A stretch of 64,000 bases of DNA, from NCBI GenBank assembly GCA_964533585.1, contig CAZHMM010000001.1:12940-76939 (forward strand). The letters run 5' to 3'. This DNA is from an uncultured Elioraea sp. GTDB taxonomy: Bacteria; Pseudomonadota; Alphaproteobacteria; Acetobacterales; Acetobacteraceae. The position numbers and the translations under genes were made by a program. The stretch's first letter is position 1; each line of letters begins with the position of its first letter. This document shows, piece by piece, positions 55,414 through 64,000 of the stretch. The notes under the pieces were generated by a model. That model was not told the origin of the DNA and did no database searches. It saw nothing but the letters and a program-made list of their open reading frames with translations.

Positions 55414-56528
55414 GGCAGCGCGGCGATCCGCGCGGCGAGGCGGAGCAGCACGGGTGGAGCCGCGGTGAGGTCAGCCACCGCGACGCGCTCGTGCGGCGTG
55501 TGCGCGGTGTCCACCCCGCCCGGTCCGAGCACGATGCAGGGCGCGACCGCCTGCAACTCCGAGGCATCGGTGCCATAGGGCGCGGTCTTGGCGGCCTTGC
55601 CGGTCTCGGCCACCGCGGCGGCGACCAGCGGATGGTCCTCGGGCAGTTGCGGCGGCGCGCCCTCGTGCCGCTCCTCGAGCGTGATTCCGTGGCGCTCCGC
55701 CGCCTCGCGCACCGCGGCGATCACCGGAGCGGGATCGACGTTGCGGCTGTAGCGGAACTTGATGTGCGCGGTCGCGCGCGCGACCGTCACGTTCGCCGCG
55801 GTGCCGTGGTTGTCGATGACGATGTTGAAGTCGCTGAACGGCGGGTCATAGGCCGGGTCCTGCCAGGCCGGATCCTCGCGCAGGCGCTTGTGGATCGGCA
55901 GCAGCGCATTGAGGAACGGGATCAGGTCGAGATTGGCGTTCTTGCCCTTGCCGGTCGAGGAATGCGCCTGCACCCCCGTCGCCGTCGCGGTGAACTGGAC
56001 GTGCACGCGATGGCCGCGCACGCACTGCATGGCCGAGGGCTCGACCACCACGATCCCCTTGGGGGTGAACTGCCGCATCAACGCGCTCTTCGCGGCGATC
56101 AGCCGTGCGCCGGCCTTCGTCGTCTCCTCGTCGAAGGTGTAGAGCAGGCTGAGCGGCAGGTCGGCCGGGGCAGCCTGGGCGGCGACCAGGCTCGCTGCCA
56201 GCGGACCCTTCATGTCACAGGCGCCGAGCCCATGCAGCATTCCGTCGGCGACCAGCGGCGTCCAGGGATCCGTGGTCCAGCCGGTGTCCGGTACGGTGTC
56301 CATATGCGCGCTGAAGGCGGCCCCACCGCGCGCGGGGCCACGATGCGCGACCAGCGCGCGCTTCGGCACGCCGTTCGGGTCGGTCCAGTCGAGCCGCTCG
56401 ACCTCGAAGCCCGCGAGTTCGGCCTCGATCCGTTCGGCGACCGCGATGTTGCTCACCGAGCTCCGGCTGTCGATCGCGACCAGGTCGCGGGCTAGGCGGA
56501 GCGTGCGTTCGCCGTGGTCGTCAGTCAT
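55410..56528 (-). CDS. M20 metallo-amidohydrolase (ArgE/DapE-like deacylase)
   Basis: FSAHMDTVP, GLGACDMKG, TFDEET, VVVEP, HSS.G.G.NA, YGTDA, GPG..DTAHTPHE. Confidence 0.9.
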   Translation of the reverse strand: MTDDHGERTLRLARDLVAIDSRSSVSNIAVAERIEAELAGFEVERLDWTDPNGVPKRALVAHRGPARGGAAFSAHMDTVPDTGWTTDPWTPLVADGMLHGLGACDMKGPLAASLVAAQAAPADLPLSLLYTFDEETTKAGARLIAAKSALMRQFTPKGIVVVEPSAMQCVRGHRVHVQFTATATGVQAHSSTGKGKNANLDLIPFLNALLPIHKRLREDPAWQDPAYDPPFSDFNIVIDNHGTAANVTVARATAHIKFRYSRNVDPAPVIAAVREAAERHGITLEERHEGAPPQLPEDHPLVAAAVAETGKAAKTAPYGTDASELQAVAPCIVLGPGGVDTAHTPHERVAVADLTAAPPVLLRLAARIAALP

Positions 56529-56556
56529 CGGCCGGGGTGTCCTTTGCGACTCCAGG

Positions 56557-56936
56557 TCACGCCGCGCGTTCATAGACCAAGTGCAGGGCGCCGCGCGGCC
56601 TTGCCTCCCACCTTGCCAAACGCAGCTTGGTCTCGGGCGTGCCGGCGGGGAAGAGGGGAATGCCCTCGCCGAGCACGACCGGAATCAGCGCCATCTCCAG
56701 CACGTCGAGCCGGCCGATCGCGCGCATGCCCCGCAGCAGCTGCCCTTCGCCCTCGATCCAGACGCGTCCAAAGCCCGCGTCGCTCCAGCTCGGCGACAAA
56801 GGTGCCGAGGTCGCCACTGCGCGTCTCCACCTCGTCCGGCGGATCGTCCAGGGCGCGCGAGGCGACGACCACGGTCGGCTTGCCTGGAGCGGCCATCCAG
56901 CGAAACGGCAACATGGCAATGCCAGATCGTCGGCAC
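56557..56936 (-). pseudogene. Degraded DHFR/RibD-C-family gene
   Basis: Three reading frames hold consecutive parts: HVAVSLDGR, then PGKPTVVVASR...ELERRG, then FGRVWIEG.GQL...LIPVVLGEGIPLFP. The central MGR.TYE region is missing. Confidence 0.8.
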
Positions 56937-57010
56937 GACACCGTCCTGACCCGGAGCGGAAACGCGCCCAGCCTTGCAGCCGGCCCGCGCTTCGGCAACC
57001 CTCCGCGCGC

Positions 57011-58147
57011 ATGACGCCCGCCTATCTCGACCCTCGGACCGGACGAACCTTTCCGCTCGCCACCCCGCGCTGGCGTTCGGATGACGGCAATCCGCTGTTG
57101 CTCACACCGCTGCCAGGCATCGCCCGCAGCGACATTGATTCCGACACGCGGAGCCTCTGGCGCTACCGCCGCGCCTTTCCGTTCGGCCCCGAGGTGGCGC
57201 CGATCACCATGGGCGAGGGCTGCACGCCGCTGATCGAGCGCAGGCTCGATGGCGCGCGCGCCCTGCTCAAGCTCGAGTGGTTCGCGCCCACCGGCAGCTT
57301 CAAGGACCGCGGCGCCTCGGTGATGCTGTCGGGGCTGCGCGCACAGGGTGTCGCCGCCGTGCTGGAGGATTCCTCCGGCAATGGCGGTGCCGCGATCGCG
57401 GCCTATGCCGCGGCCGGCGGCATGCGCGCCAAGATCCTCGTGCCGGCCTCCACGTCACCGGCCAAGACGGTGCAGATGAAGGCGCATGGCGCGGAGATCG
57501 AGCTCGTGCCGGGATCTCGACAGGACTGCGCGGACGCGGCCCTGCGCCAGGCCGAGCGCATCTTCTACGCCTCGCACAACTGGCATCCGTTCTTCCTGCA
57601 CGGCACCAAGACGCTCGCCTTCGAGCTGTGGGAGGACCTCGGGTTCCAGGTACCCGACAACATCATCATCCCCTGCGGCGCGGGCTCGAATGTGCTCGGC
57701 TGCGAGATCGGCTTCGCCGAACTGCTGCGTGCCGGCGCGATCGATCGGATACCGCGTCTGTTCGCGGTGCAGCCCGCCAATGTCGCGCCGATCGCGGCGG
57801 CGTTCCTCGCCGGCGTCGACGCGCCGGTCGCGTGCGAGATCAGGCCGACCATCGCCGAGGGCACGGCGATCGCCAAGCCGATCCGCCTGCGTGAGGTGCT
57901 CGGCGCACTCCGCGAGTCCGAGGGGGGGGCGGTGACGGTCACCGAGGCCGAGATCGAGGCGGCGCTGTTCTCGCTCGCGCGCATCGGCATCTATGTCGAG
58001 CCGACCTGCGCCTCGGCCGCCGCGGCGCTGGCCAAGCTGCGCGCGTCCGGCACGATCGGTGCCGAGCAGACCACCGTGCTGGTGCTGACCGGCACCGGCC
58101 TGAAAGCCACGCCGCGCATCGCCGAGCTGATGGGAATGACGCTCTGA
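57011..58147 (+). CDS. Threonine synthase-like fold-type II PLP enzyme
   Basis: MGEGCTPL, KLEWFAPTGSFKDRG, DSSGNGG, GTKTLAFE, EPT.A, LTGTGLK. Confidence 0.88.
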   Translation: MTPAYLDPRTGRTFPLATPRWRSDDGNPLLLTPLPGIARSDIDSDTRSLWRYRRAFPFGPEVAPITMGEGCTPLIERRLDGARALLKLEWFAPTGSFKDRGASVMLSGLRAQGVAAVLEDSSGNGGAAIAAYAAAGGMRAKILVPASTSPAKTVQMKAHGAEIELVPGSRQDCADAALRQAERIFYASHNWHPFFLHGTKTLAFELWEDLGFQVPDNIIIPCGAGSNVLGCEIGFAELLRAGAIDRIPRLFAVQPANVAPIAAAFLAGVDAPVACEIRPTIAEGTAIAKPIRLREVLGALRESEGGAVTVTEAEIEAALFSLARIGIYVEPTCASAAAALAKLRASGTIGAEQTTVLVLTGTGLKATPRIAELMGMTL

Positions 58148-59715
58148 TGGCCCAGAAACCGCCGCCGCGCATTGCCATCCTCGGCTTCTCGATCGAGTGC
58201 AATGCCTTCGCCCCGCCGGCGACGCGCGCCGACTTCGAGTCCTGCGTCTGGCTCGAACGTGATGCGATCATCGCCGACGCGCGCTGCGCCACGCCGATCG
58301 CGCTCGGCGAGGTGCCTGGCTTCGTCGCCGCGATGGACGCCACGGGACCGTGGCAGCCGATGCCGATTCTGCTGGCCATGGCCGAGCCGAACGGGCCGGT
58401 GGAGGAGCAGACCTTCGCCGAGATGATGCGCATCTGGCGCAAGGGCCTGGAGCGCGCCGCCCCGCTCGACGCCGTCTATGCCTGTATGCACGGTGCGGGG
58501 CTCTCGACCGAGCGGACCGATCCCGACGGCGACATGCTGGCGATGGTGCGCGAGGTGGTCGGCCCGGACGTGCCGGTGGTCGCGACCTTCGACCTGCACG
58601 CCAACATCTCCGAGGCAATGGTGCGGAGCGTCGATGTGTTTGTCGGCTACCGCACCAACCCGCATCTCGACATGTGGCAGCGCGGCGAGGAGGCGGCAGG
58701 CCATGTGCGCGCGCTGCTGCGCGGGGCGAAGACCTCGCGCACCTTCATCCGTCTGCCGATCATTCCGCCGACGGTGACGATGCTGACGGGCAGGGACGCG
58801 TCCGATCGCCCGTATGGCGAGATGATCGATCTCGGTCAGCGCCGCATCGCGGATCAGGACTGCGTCGGCCGGATCCTCAATGTTTCCGTGATGGGCGGCT
58901 TCGCCTACAGCGATACGCCGAAGAACGGGCTCGCCGTGGTGGTGACCGCGCGACGGGGTGACGAGGCCGTGGCCGAGGCACTCGCCGAGGAGATCGCCAC
59001 GCTCGGCTGGTCCAACCGCAAGCGATTCAATGCCAGGCTGACACCGCTCGACCAGGCGACCGCCAAGGCCAAGGCCGCCGGGGAGGACCCGTCGACGCCC
59101 GCGCTCTGCTTTCCCGACGTCGCCGACAATCCCGGCGGCGGCGGCCGCGGCAACACGATGTGGATTCTCGAGGCGTTCCACCAGGCCGGCGTGCAGCGCT
59201 GTCTCGTCGGCATCGTCTTCGACCCGCCGCTGGCCGCGGCGGCACATGAAGCGGGCGTGGGGGCCGCCTTCGAGGCCCGCTTCAACACCGCCGAGACGAA
59301 TGCTTTCTCCAGGCCCTTCTCGGCACCTGCCACCGTGCGCGCGCTCTCGGACGGGCGCGTCACTGGGCGACGCGGCATCTTCGCCGCGCGCGACATGCGG
59401 CTCGGACCTTCCGCCGCGCTCGATCTCGGCGGCATCACCGTGGTCGTGGTGTCCTACCGCACGCAATGCGCCGACCCCGCGTTCTTCGAGATGTTCGGGC
59501 TCGACATCGCCGCCGCGCGCTCTGTGGTCGTGAAGTCGCGTGGGCATTTCCGCGGCGGCTTCGACGAGTTCTTCACCAACGACCGCATCGTCGAGGTCGA
59601 TGCGCCGGGTCTCACCAGTCCGATCCTCAGCCGGTTCGAGTGGAAGCGCCTGCCCCGGCCGGTGATCCCGCTGGACGAGGGGGTGAAGTGGTCGCCGAGG
59701 CAGTTGCGACGCTGA
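58147..59715 (+). CDS. M81-family (MlrC-like) metallopeptidase
   Basis: IECNAF, MHGA, TFDLHAN, YRTNPHLD, DVADNPGGG, KSRGHFRGGF. TGATG overlap with the upstream gene. Confidence 0.92.
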   Translation: MAQKPPPRIAILGFSIECNAFAPPATRADFESCVWLERDAIIADARCATPIALGEVPGFVAAMDATGPWQPMPILLAMAEPNGPVEEQTFAEMMRIWRKGLERAAPLDAVYACMHGAGLSTERTDPDGDMLAMVREVVGPDVPVVATFDLHANISEAMVRSVDVFVGYRTNPHLDMWQRGEEAAGHVRALLRGAKTSRTFIRLPIIPPTVTMLTGRDASDRPYGEMIDLGQRRIADQDCVGRILNVSVMGGFAYSDTPKNGLAVVVTARRGDEAVAEALAEEIATLGWSNRKRFNARLTPLDQATAKAKAAGEDPSTPALCFPDVADNPGGGGRGNTMWILEAFHQAGVQRCLVGIVFDPPLAAAAHEAGVGAAFEARFNTAETNAFSRPFSAPATVRALSDGRVTGRRGIFAARDMRLGPSAALDLGGITVVVVSYRTQCADPAFFEMFGLDIAAARSVVVKSRGHFRGGFDEFFTNDRIVEVDAPGLTSPILSRFEWKRLPRPVIPLDEGVKWSPRQLRR

Positions 59716-59756
59716 TCGCTTCGGCGGACACTCGGGCGCGGCGAGGGAGGACGAGG

Positions 59757-61319
59757 ATGAGAATGAGAAGAACACTGCTGGGCGCTGCCGCCGCCGTAAC
59801 GCTCACGTGGGGTGCCGCGGCCGAGACGCTGACGATGGGCATCAAGCTCGGCCCCTCGTCGCTCGACCCGCATTTCCGCTTCGCCGGCGAGACCGACAAC
59901 ACGCTCGAGCACCTCTATTGGCGGCTGATCCGCGAGGGACCCAACAAGGAGATGACCCCTGGTCTCGCGCAATCCTGGCGAGCGATCGACGACCGCACCT
60001 GGGAGTTCTCGCTGCGGCCGGAGGCGACATTCTCCGACGGCAGCCCGGTCACCGCCGAGGATGTCGCCTACAGCCTCTGGCGCGTGCCGCGGATCGAGGG
60101 CAGCCCCGGCAGCTACGTCATCTTCACCCGCGCGATCGAGGCGGTGGAGGTGGTCGATCCGCGCACCGTGCGGATCCGCACCCGCACGCCCTATCCATTC
60201 GTGCCGGTGGACATGGCGCGTATCTTCATCGCGCCGAGATCGCTCGGCGAGACCGTGCGGACCGACGATTTCAACGCCGGCCGTGCGGCCGTGTTCTCCG
60301 GTCCCTGGGTGCTTGAGACCTGGCGTCCGGGCGAGGTGCTGGAGCTTCGTGCCAACCCGCATTGGTGGGGCCAGAAGAGCCCGTGGACGCGCGTCTCGAT
60401 CCGCACCGTGTCGAACGACGCCGCGCGCACGGCGGCGCTGCTGTCCGGCGCGGTGCAGGCGATCGACGAGGTCTCGCTCGCCGACCTGCCGCGGATGCGG
60501 ACCGACAGCCGCGTCGCCGTGACACAGATCGCCGGCAGCCGCGTGATGTATGTCGGCCTGGACATGGACCGCGACGCCTCGCCATTCGTGCGCGACCGCG
60601 CGGGCAACCCGCTCACGCCGAACCCGCTGAAGGATGTGCGCGTGCGCCAGGCACTCAGTCACGCGATCGACCGCACGGCGATGGTCGAGCGGGTGCTGGA
60701 GGGCGCGGCGACGCCGGCGGCGAATCTGCTGCCGGAGGGAACCCCCGGCACCAACCCGAACCTCAAGCCGACCCCCTACGACCCCGATCGGGCGCGCGCG
60801 CTGCTGGCTGAAGCCGGGCTCGCGGGCGGGTTCCGCGTCACCCTGCACGCGACCAACGACCGCTACCCGAACGACGACAAGGTGGCGCAGGCGATCGCGC
60901 AGTTCTGGACCCGGATCGGTGTGCAGACCGAGGTCGCGCTGCAGCCCAACGCGACCTTCTTCGCGCAGGCGAGCCGCCAGACCTTCAGCATCATGGCCGC
61001 GCAGTACGGTGCGGCGGACGTCTCGACGATGTACCGCGCGCTGGTGCACTCCTTCGACCGCGCCGGCGGGCTCGGCAGCGCCAATCGCACCCGCCACTCC
61101 TCGCCGCGCGCGGATGCGCTGGTGCGCGATGCGCTCACGACGATGGATGACGCGAAGCGCAACGCCCTGTTCGCCGAGGCTGCGCGCATCGCGCTCGACG
61201 AGGAGACGATCATCATCTTCGTCTACTACCCCTCATACGTGTACGCCGCCCGTCAGGGCATGACGGTCGCGCCGTACAACGACGGTCGGTTCCTCGCCCA
61301 CGAGATCAGGAAGCAATGA
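59757..61319 (+). CDS. ABC transporter substrate-binding protein, family 5 (peptide/Dpp-like)
   Basis: SLDPH, PGLAQSW, WEFSLRP..TFSDGSPVTAEDV..S, DVRVRQALS.AIDR, YPND. Confidence 0.92.
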   Translation: MRMRRTLLGAAAAVTLTWGAAAETLTMGIKLGPSSLDPHFRFAGETDNTLEHLYWRLIREGPNKEMTPGLAQSWRAIDDRTWEFSLRPEATFSDGSPVTAEDVAYSLWRVPRIEGSPGSYVIFTRAIEAVEVVDPRTVRIRTRTPYPFVPVDMARIFIAPRSLGETVRTDDFNAGRAAVFSGPWVLETWRPGEVLELRANPHWWGQKSPWTRVSIRTVSNDAARTAALLSGAVQAIDEVSLADLPRMRTDSRVAVTQIAGSRVMYVGLDMDRDASPFVRDRAGNPLTPNPLKDVRVRQALSHAIDRTAMVERVLEGAATPAANLLPEGTPGTNPNLKPTPYDPDRARALLAEAGLAGGFRVTLHATNDRYPNDDKVAQAIAQFWTRIGVQTEVALQPNATFFAQASRQTFSIMAAQYGAADVSTMYRALVHSFDRAGGLGSANRTRHSSPRADALVRDALTTMDDAKRNALFAEAARIALDEETIIIFVYYPSYVYAARQGMTVAPYNDGRFLAHEIRKQ

Positions 61320-62425
61320 TGCGCCTCGCCGATCTGCCGACACCCGCGTTGGTGCTCGACCGTGCCGCGCTGATGCGCAACCTGCGCATGATGGCCGAAG
61401 CCGTCGCGCGTCACGGCGTCACACTCCGCCCGCATCTCAAGACGGCGAAGAGCATCGACGTGGCGATGGCGGCGGCGCCTGGCTTCGGGCCGATCACCGT
61501 CAGCACACTGGCCGAGGCGCAGCTCTTCGCCGAAGCCGGGTTCCGCGACCAGATTTACGCGGTCGGCATCGTGCCCGCCAAGCTCGACGCGGTCGCGGCG
61601 ATGAACGCCAAGGGTGCGGACGTGAAGGTCATCACCGACGACCTCGACGCCGCGCGCGCCATCGCTGCCCACCCGGGACGCATTCGCGCGCTGGTCGAGG
61701 TCGATGTCGGCGAGAGCCGCGGCGGCGTCACACCCGACGACGATGCGCTGCCGGCGATTGCCGCGGCGCTCGGGCCGAGACTCGCCGGGGTCATGACGCA
61801 TGCCGGCCACTCCTATGCCGGGCATGACGTCGCGGAGATCCGCGCGGTCGCCGAGACCGAGCGTGCCGGCATCGTGCGTGCGGCGGAGCGGCTGCGCGCT
61901 ACAGGGCACGAGATCGCCATCGTCTCGATGGGCTCCTCGCCCACCGCCCTGCATGCCGCCTCGCTCGCGGGCGTGACCGAGGTGCGTGCGGGCGTCTACA
62001 TGTTCGGCGACCTGATGCAGGTCGAACTGCACACCCAGCCGATGGAGGACGTCGCGGTCTCGGTGCTGGCGAGCGTGATCGGCCGGAAGCCCGCGCAGAA
62101 CCGCATCCTGATCGACGCCGGCGCGCTCGCGCTCTCGAAGGACCGCGGCACGCAGACCATGGCGAAGGATTACGGCTTCGGCCTGGTGGTCGATCTCGCC
62201 GGGCGGGCCGTGTTCGGCGATGCGATCGTCACACGCGCCTACCAGGAGCATGGCGTGGTCGAGTGCGACCGGCCGCTGCCGTTCGACGCGCTGCCGGTCG
62301 GGGCACGCGTGCGCGTGCTGCCGAACCACTCGTGCCTGACGGCGGCGGCCTATGAGCGCTACCACGTGGTCGATGGCCGCTCGGACGAGGTGGTCGCGGT
62401 CTGGCCGCGGGTGAACCACTGGTAG
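61316..62425 (+). CDS. DSD1-family PLP enzyme (D-threonine aldolase/D-serine dehydratase-like)
   Basis: TPALVLD, LRPHLKTAKS, HAGHSY, GSSPT, RAGVYMFGD, IDAGALALSKD, QEHG, PNHSCLT. ATGA overlap. Confidence 0.9.
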   Translation: MMRLADLPTPALVLDRAALMRNLRMMAEAVARHGVTLRPHLKTAKSIDVAMAAAPGFGPITVSTLAEAQLFAEAGFRDQIYAVGIVPAKLDAVAAMNAKGADVKVITDDLDAARAIAAHPGRIRALVEVDVGESRGGVTPDDDALPAIAAALGPRLAGVMTHAGHSYAGHDVAEIRAVAETERAGIVRAAERLRATGHEIAIVSMGSSPTALHAASLAGVTEVRAGVYMFGDLMQVELHTQPMEDVAVSVLASVIGRKPAQNRILIDAGALALSKDRGTQTMAKDYGFGLVVDLAGRAVFGDAIVTRAYQEHGVVECDRPLPFDALPVGARVRVLPNHSCLTAAAYERYHVVDGRSDEVVAVWPRVNHW

Positions 62426-62476
62426 GCTGGGCGTTCGGTCGTGCACAGCCCGCGGGGCGAGGCGCGCGAGCGGGCG

Positions 62477-63385
62477 TCACGCGTTCCAGTGGGCGAGGCG
62501 TCGGAGCAGGGCCGCCGATCGGGCGATGAACCCGCCCCGCCACAGGAAAACGAAGTGGTCGGCCACGTGCAGTACGTAGAGTGGCAGGTAGAGGACCAGA
62601 AACAGCGTCTTGAGGTCCACCGTCGTCGCCGCGATCCGCCACGGCCCGATGCCGAGATCGAGCACCGCCAAGCCGGCAAAGCACAGCATCGCCAGGTGGA
62701 AGTTGGCGAGTGCGGCGCGGATGAGGCCCATCATCCCACCGTAACGCGCAATGACCTGACGACGACGGGTCAATGTCTCGGCCACGTCCGGGGGACCTCG
62801 TTCGGCCGCGGGATCGACGCCGAGTTGCGCCGCGTATCGCTCTCGCTTCGCGGCATCCGCGGCGACGATCTGCTCGACCGTGAGGAAGACGTGGCAGACG
62901 TCGATGAACTTCTTGGTCAGCAGCGTCAGCGCCAGCGCCGTTCCGGCCAGGATCATCCACGGACTTCCCGTCAACCGGAACGCATAGACGCCAAGTGAGA
63001 CGTGGAAGAGCGCCATCACCCAGGCACCGAAGAAGAAGTCGGGGAACGACCAGAAATACCGGTCGATGCCGCGCAGCCTGGCCACCTCGCCATCCACGCA
63101 ATCAAGCACGTAGAACAGCACGAAGCAGAGTGCGGCGGCGGCCGACCAGATGCCCCCAAGCGGCAGCAGCAGCGCGCCGAGCAGGCCGGCGAACAGCATC
63201 CCGATCGTGGCAATCGTCGGGCTCAGGCCATGGCGCAGAAAGGCGCGAGTGAGGACGGGCGAGACCCAGTCGCCGAACACCGCGCCGCCGAGATCATTCC
63301 GATGTCGTTCGGGTTGCTGCGCGCGCTCACGCAGTTCCCTGATCGGCAACCTCGCCAGATCGCGCGGATCCTCCCCGGCAGTCAC
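62477..63385 (-). CDS. CDP-alcohol phosphatidyltransferase family protein
   Basis: DxxDGxxAR motif (LDCVDGEVARLRG), multiple TM helices. Start taken as GTG 63385 after GGAG. Confidence 0.85.
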   Translation of the reverse strand: MTAGEDPRDLARLPIRELRERAQQPERHRNDLGGAVFGDWVSPVLTRAFLRHGLSPTIATIGMLFAGLLGALLLPLGGIWSAAAALCFVLFYVLDCVDGEVARLRGIDRYFWSFPDFFFGAWVMALFHVSLGVYAFRLTGSPWMILAGTALALTLLTKKFIDVCHVFLTVEQIVAADAAKRERYAAQLGVDPAAERGPPDVAETLTRRRQVIARYGGMMGLIRAALANFHLAMLCFAGLAVLDLGIGPWRIAATTVDLKTLFLVLYLPLYVLHVADHFVFLWRGGFIARSAALLRRLAHWNA

Positions 63386-63404
63386 GGCGTGCGGCTCCGT
63401 TCCG

Positions 63405-63998
63405 TCAGCCAGCCTTGCGCAGCCGCGGCCACTGCCAGGCCCGGCGACGAAGATCGATCGCCTCGATCCCGCCTGCGCGAGACAGCGTGTGGCAGCCGAT
63501 CGAGCCGCCCACCGACGCGGGCTCAATCCGGCCGACGACGCGCTGAGCGAATTCGTCCGGCGTCAGGCGATCGATCGCGCAGAGATTGAGCGCGCGCCCA
63601 TAGCTGCCGCTGCAATCCTGGGCTGGTCTGATCAGCGTGCCGTTCTCGATGAAGAGGGGGCCAGCGGGCCGGGCGCTGCGGCAATCCGACACGACCGGAT
63701 TGAGGGCGTGCGGCTGCCACGGGCCGAGCGGCGTTTCGGCCAGGAAGACGAACAGCTCGTCGTTCGGGCCGCCACCGGCCTCGTCGATGGCGACGAACAG
63801 GTACCAGAGACCCTCCCAGTGCAGCAGCGTCGGGTCATAGGCGCGCTGTCCGTCCAGCAGCGTCGCGCGTCGGCGCCACAGCAGCGGGAACGCCTCGGCC
63901 TCGAACAGGCCAAGCGCGCCCGCGTCCGCGCTCTCGACCAGCATCATTGGTCGTCCGTCCCAGACGAAGAGGAAGGGGTAGGAGAGATGGTGCGCGGC
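63405..63998 (-). CDS. GINT1 N-terminal-like beta-propeller protein (5'-partial)
   Basis: HLSYPFLF, DPTLL..EGLWYLF, LGPWQPH..NPV..D...ARPAG, LIRPAQDCS..YG. Open to the window edge. Confidence 0.75.
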   Translation of the reverse strand, partial: AAHHLSYPFLFVWDGRPMMLVESADAGALGLFEAEAFPLLWRRRATLLDGQRAYDPTLLHWEGLWYLFVAIDEAGGGPNDELFVFLAETPLGPWQPHALNPVVSDCRSARPAGPLFIENGTLIRPAQDCSGSYGRALNLCAIDRLTPDEFAQRVVGRIEPASVGGSIGCHTLSRAGGIEAIDLRRRAWQWPRLRKAG

Positions 63999-64000
63999 GG

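Overview
A GC-rich alphaproteobacterial chromosome segment. It looks Rhodospirillales/Acetobacteraceae-like, which I infer from the gltD-gltB order, the F1-only atpHAGDC operon, thrS-infC and the GNAT-MutT fusion. It is densely coding, with about 58 supportable genes, 2 tRNAs (Val-GAC, Leu-CAG) and one decayed DHFR/RibD-C-family pseudogene. I saw no transposase, integrase, prophage gene or CRISPR array. Most of the window is core metabolism. Non-coding signals read directly from the sequence include a sigma32 promoter and ROSE-type RNA thermometer before ibpA, a 24-bp palindromic operator before nadC, and a non-canonical ATC start for infC. The best candidates for undescribed biology are: (1) an operator-controlled, translationally coupled nadC-LOG-TAXI/TRAP operon; (2) an MCP followed by an exported CNGxxC rhodanese; (3) a thrC-like/MlrC/SBP5/DSD1 cluster with a divergent M20 deacylase; (4) two tandem paralogous secreted proteins with a GxW motif and a Cys pair; (5) a GINT1-like propeller protein next to a CDP-alcohol phosphatidyltransferase at the right edge. 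All family calls come from motif recognition by eye; no database search was run. Many start codons were re-picked by hand.
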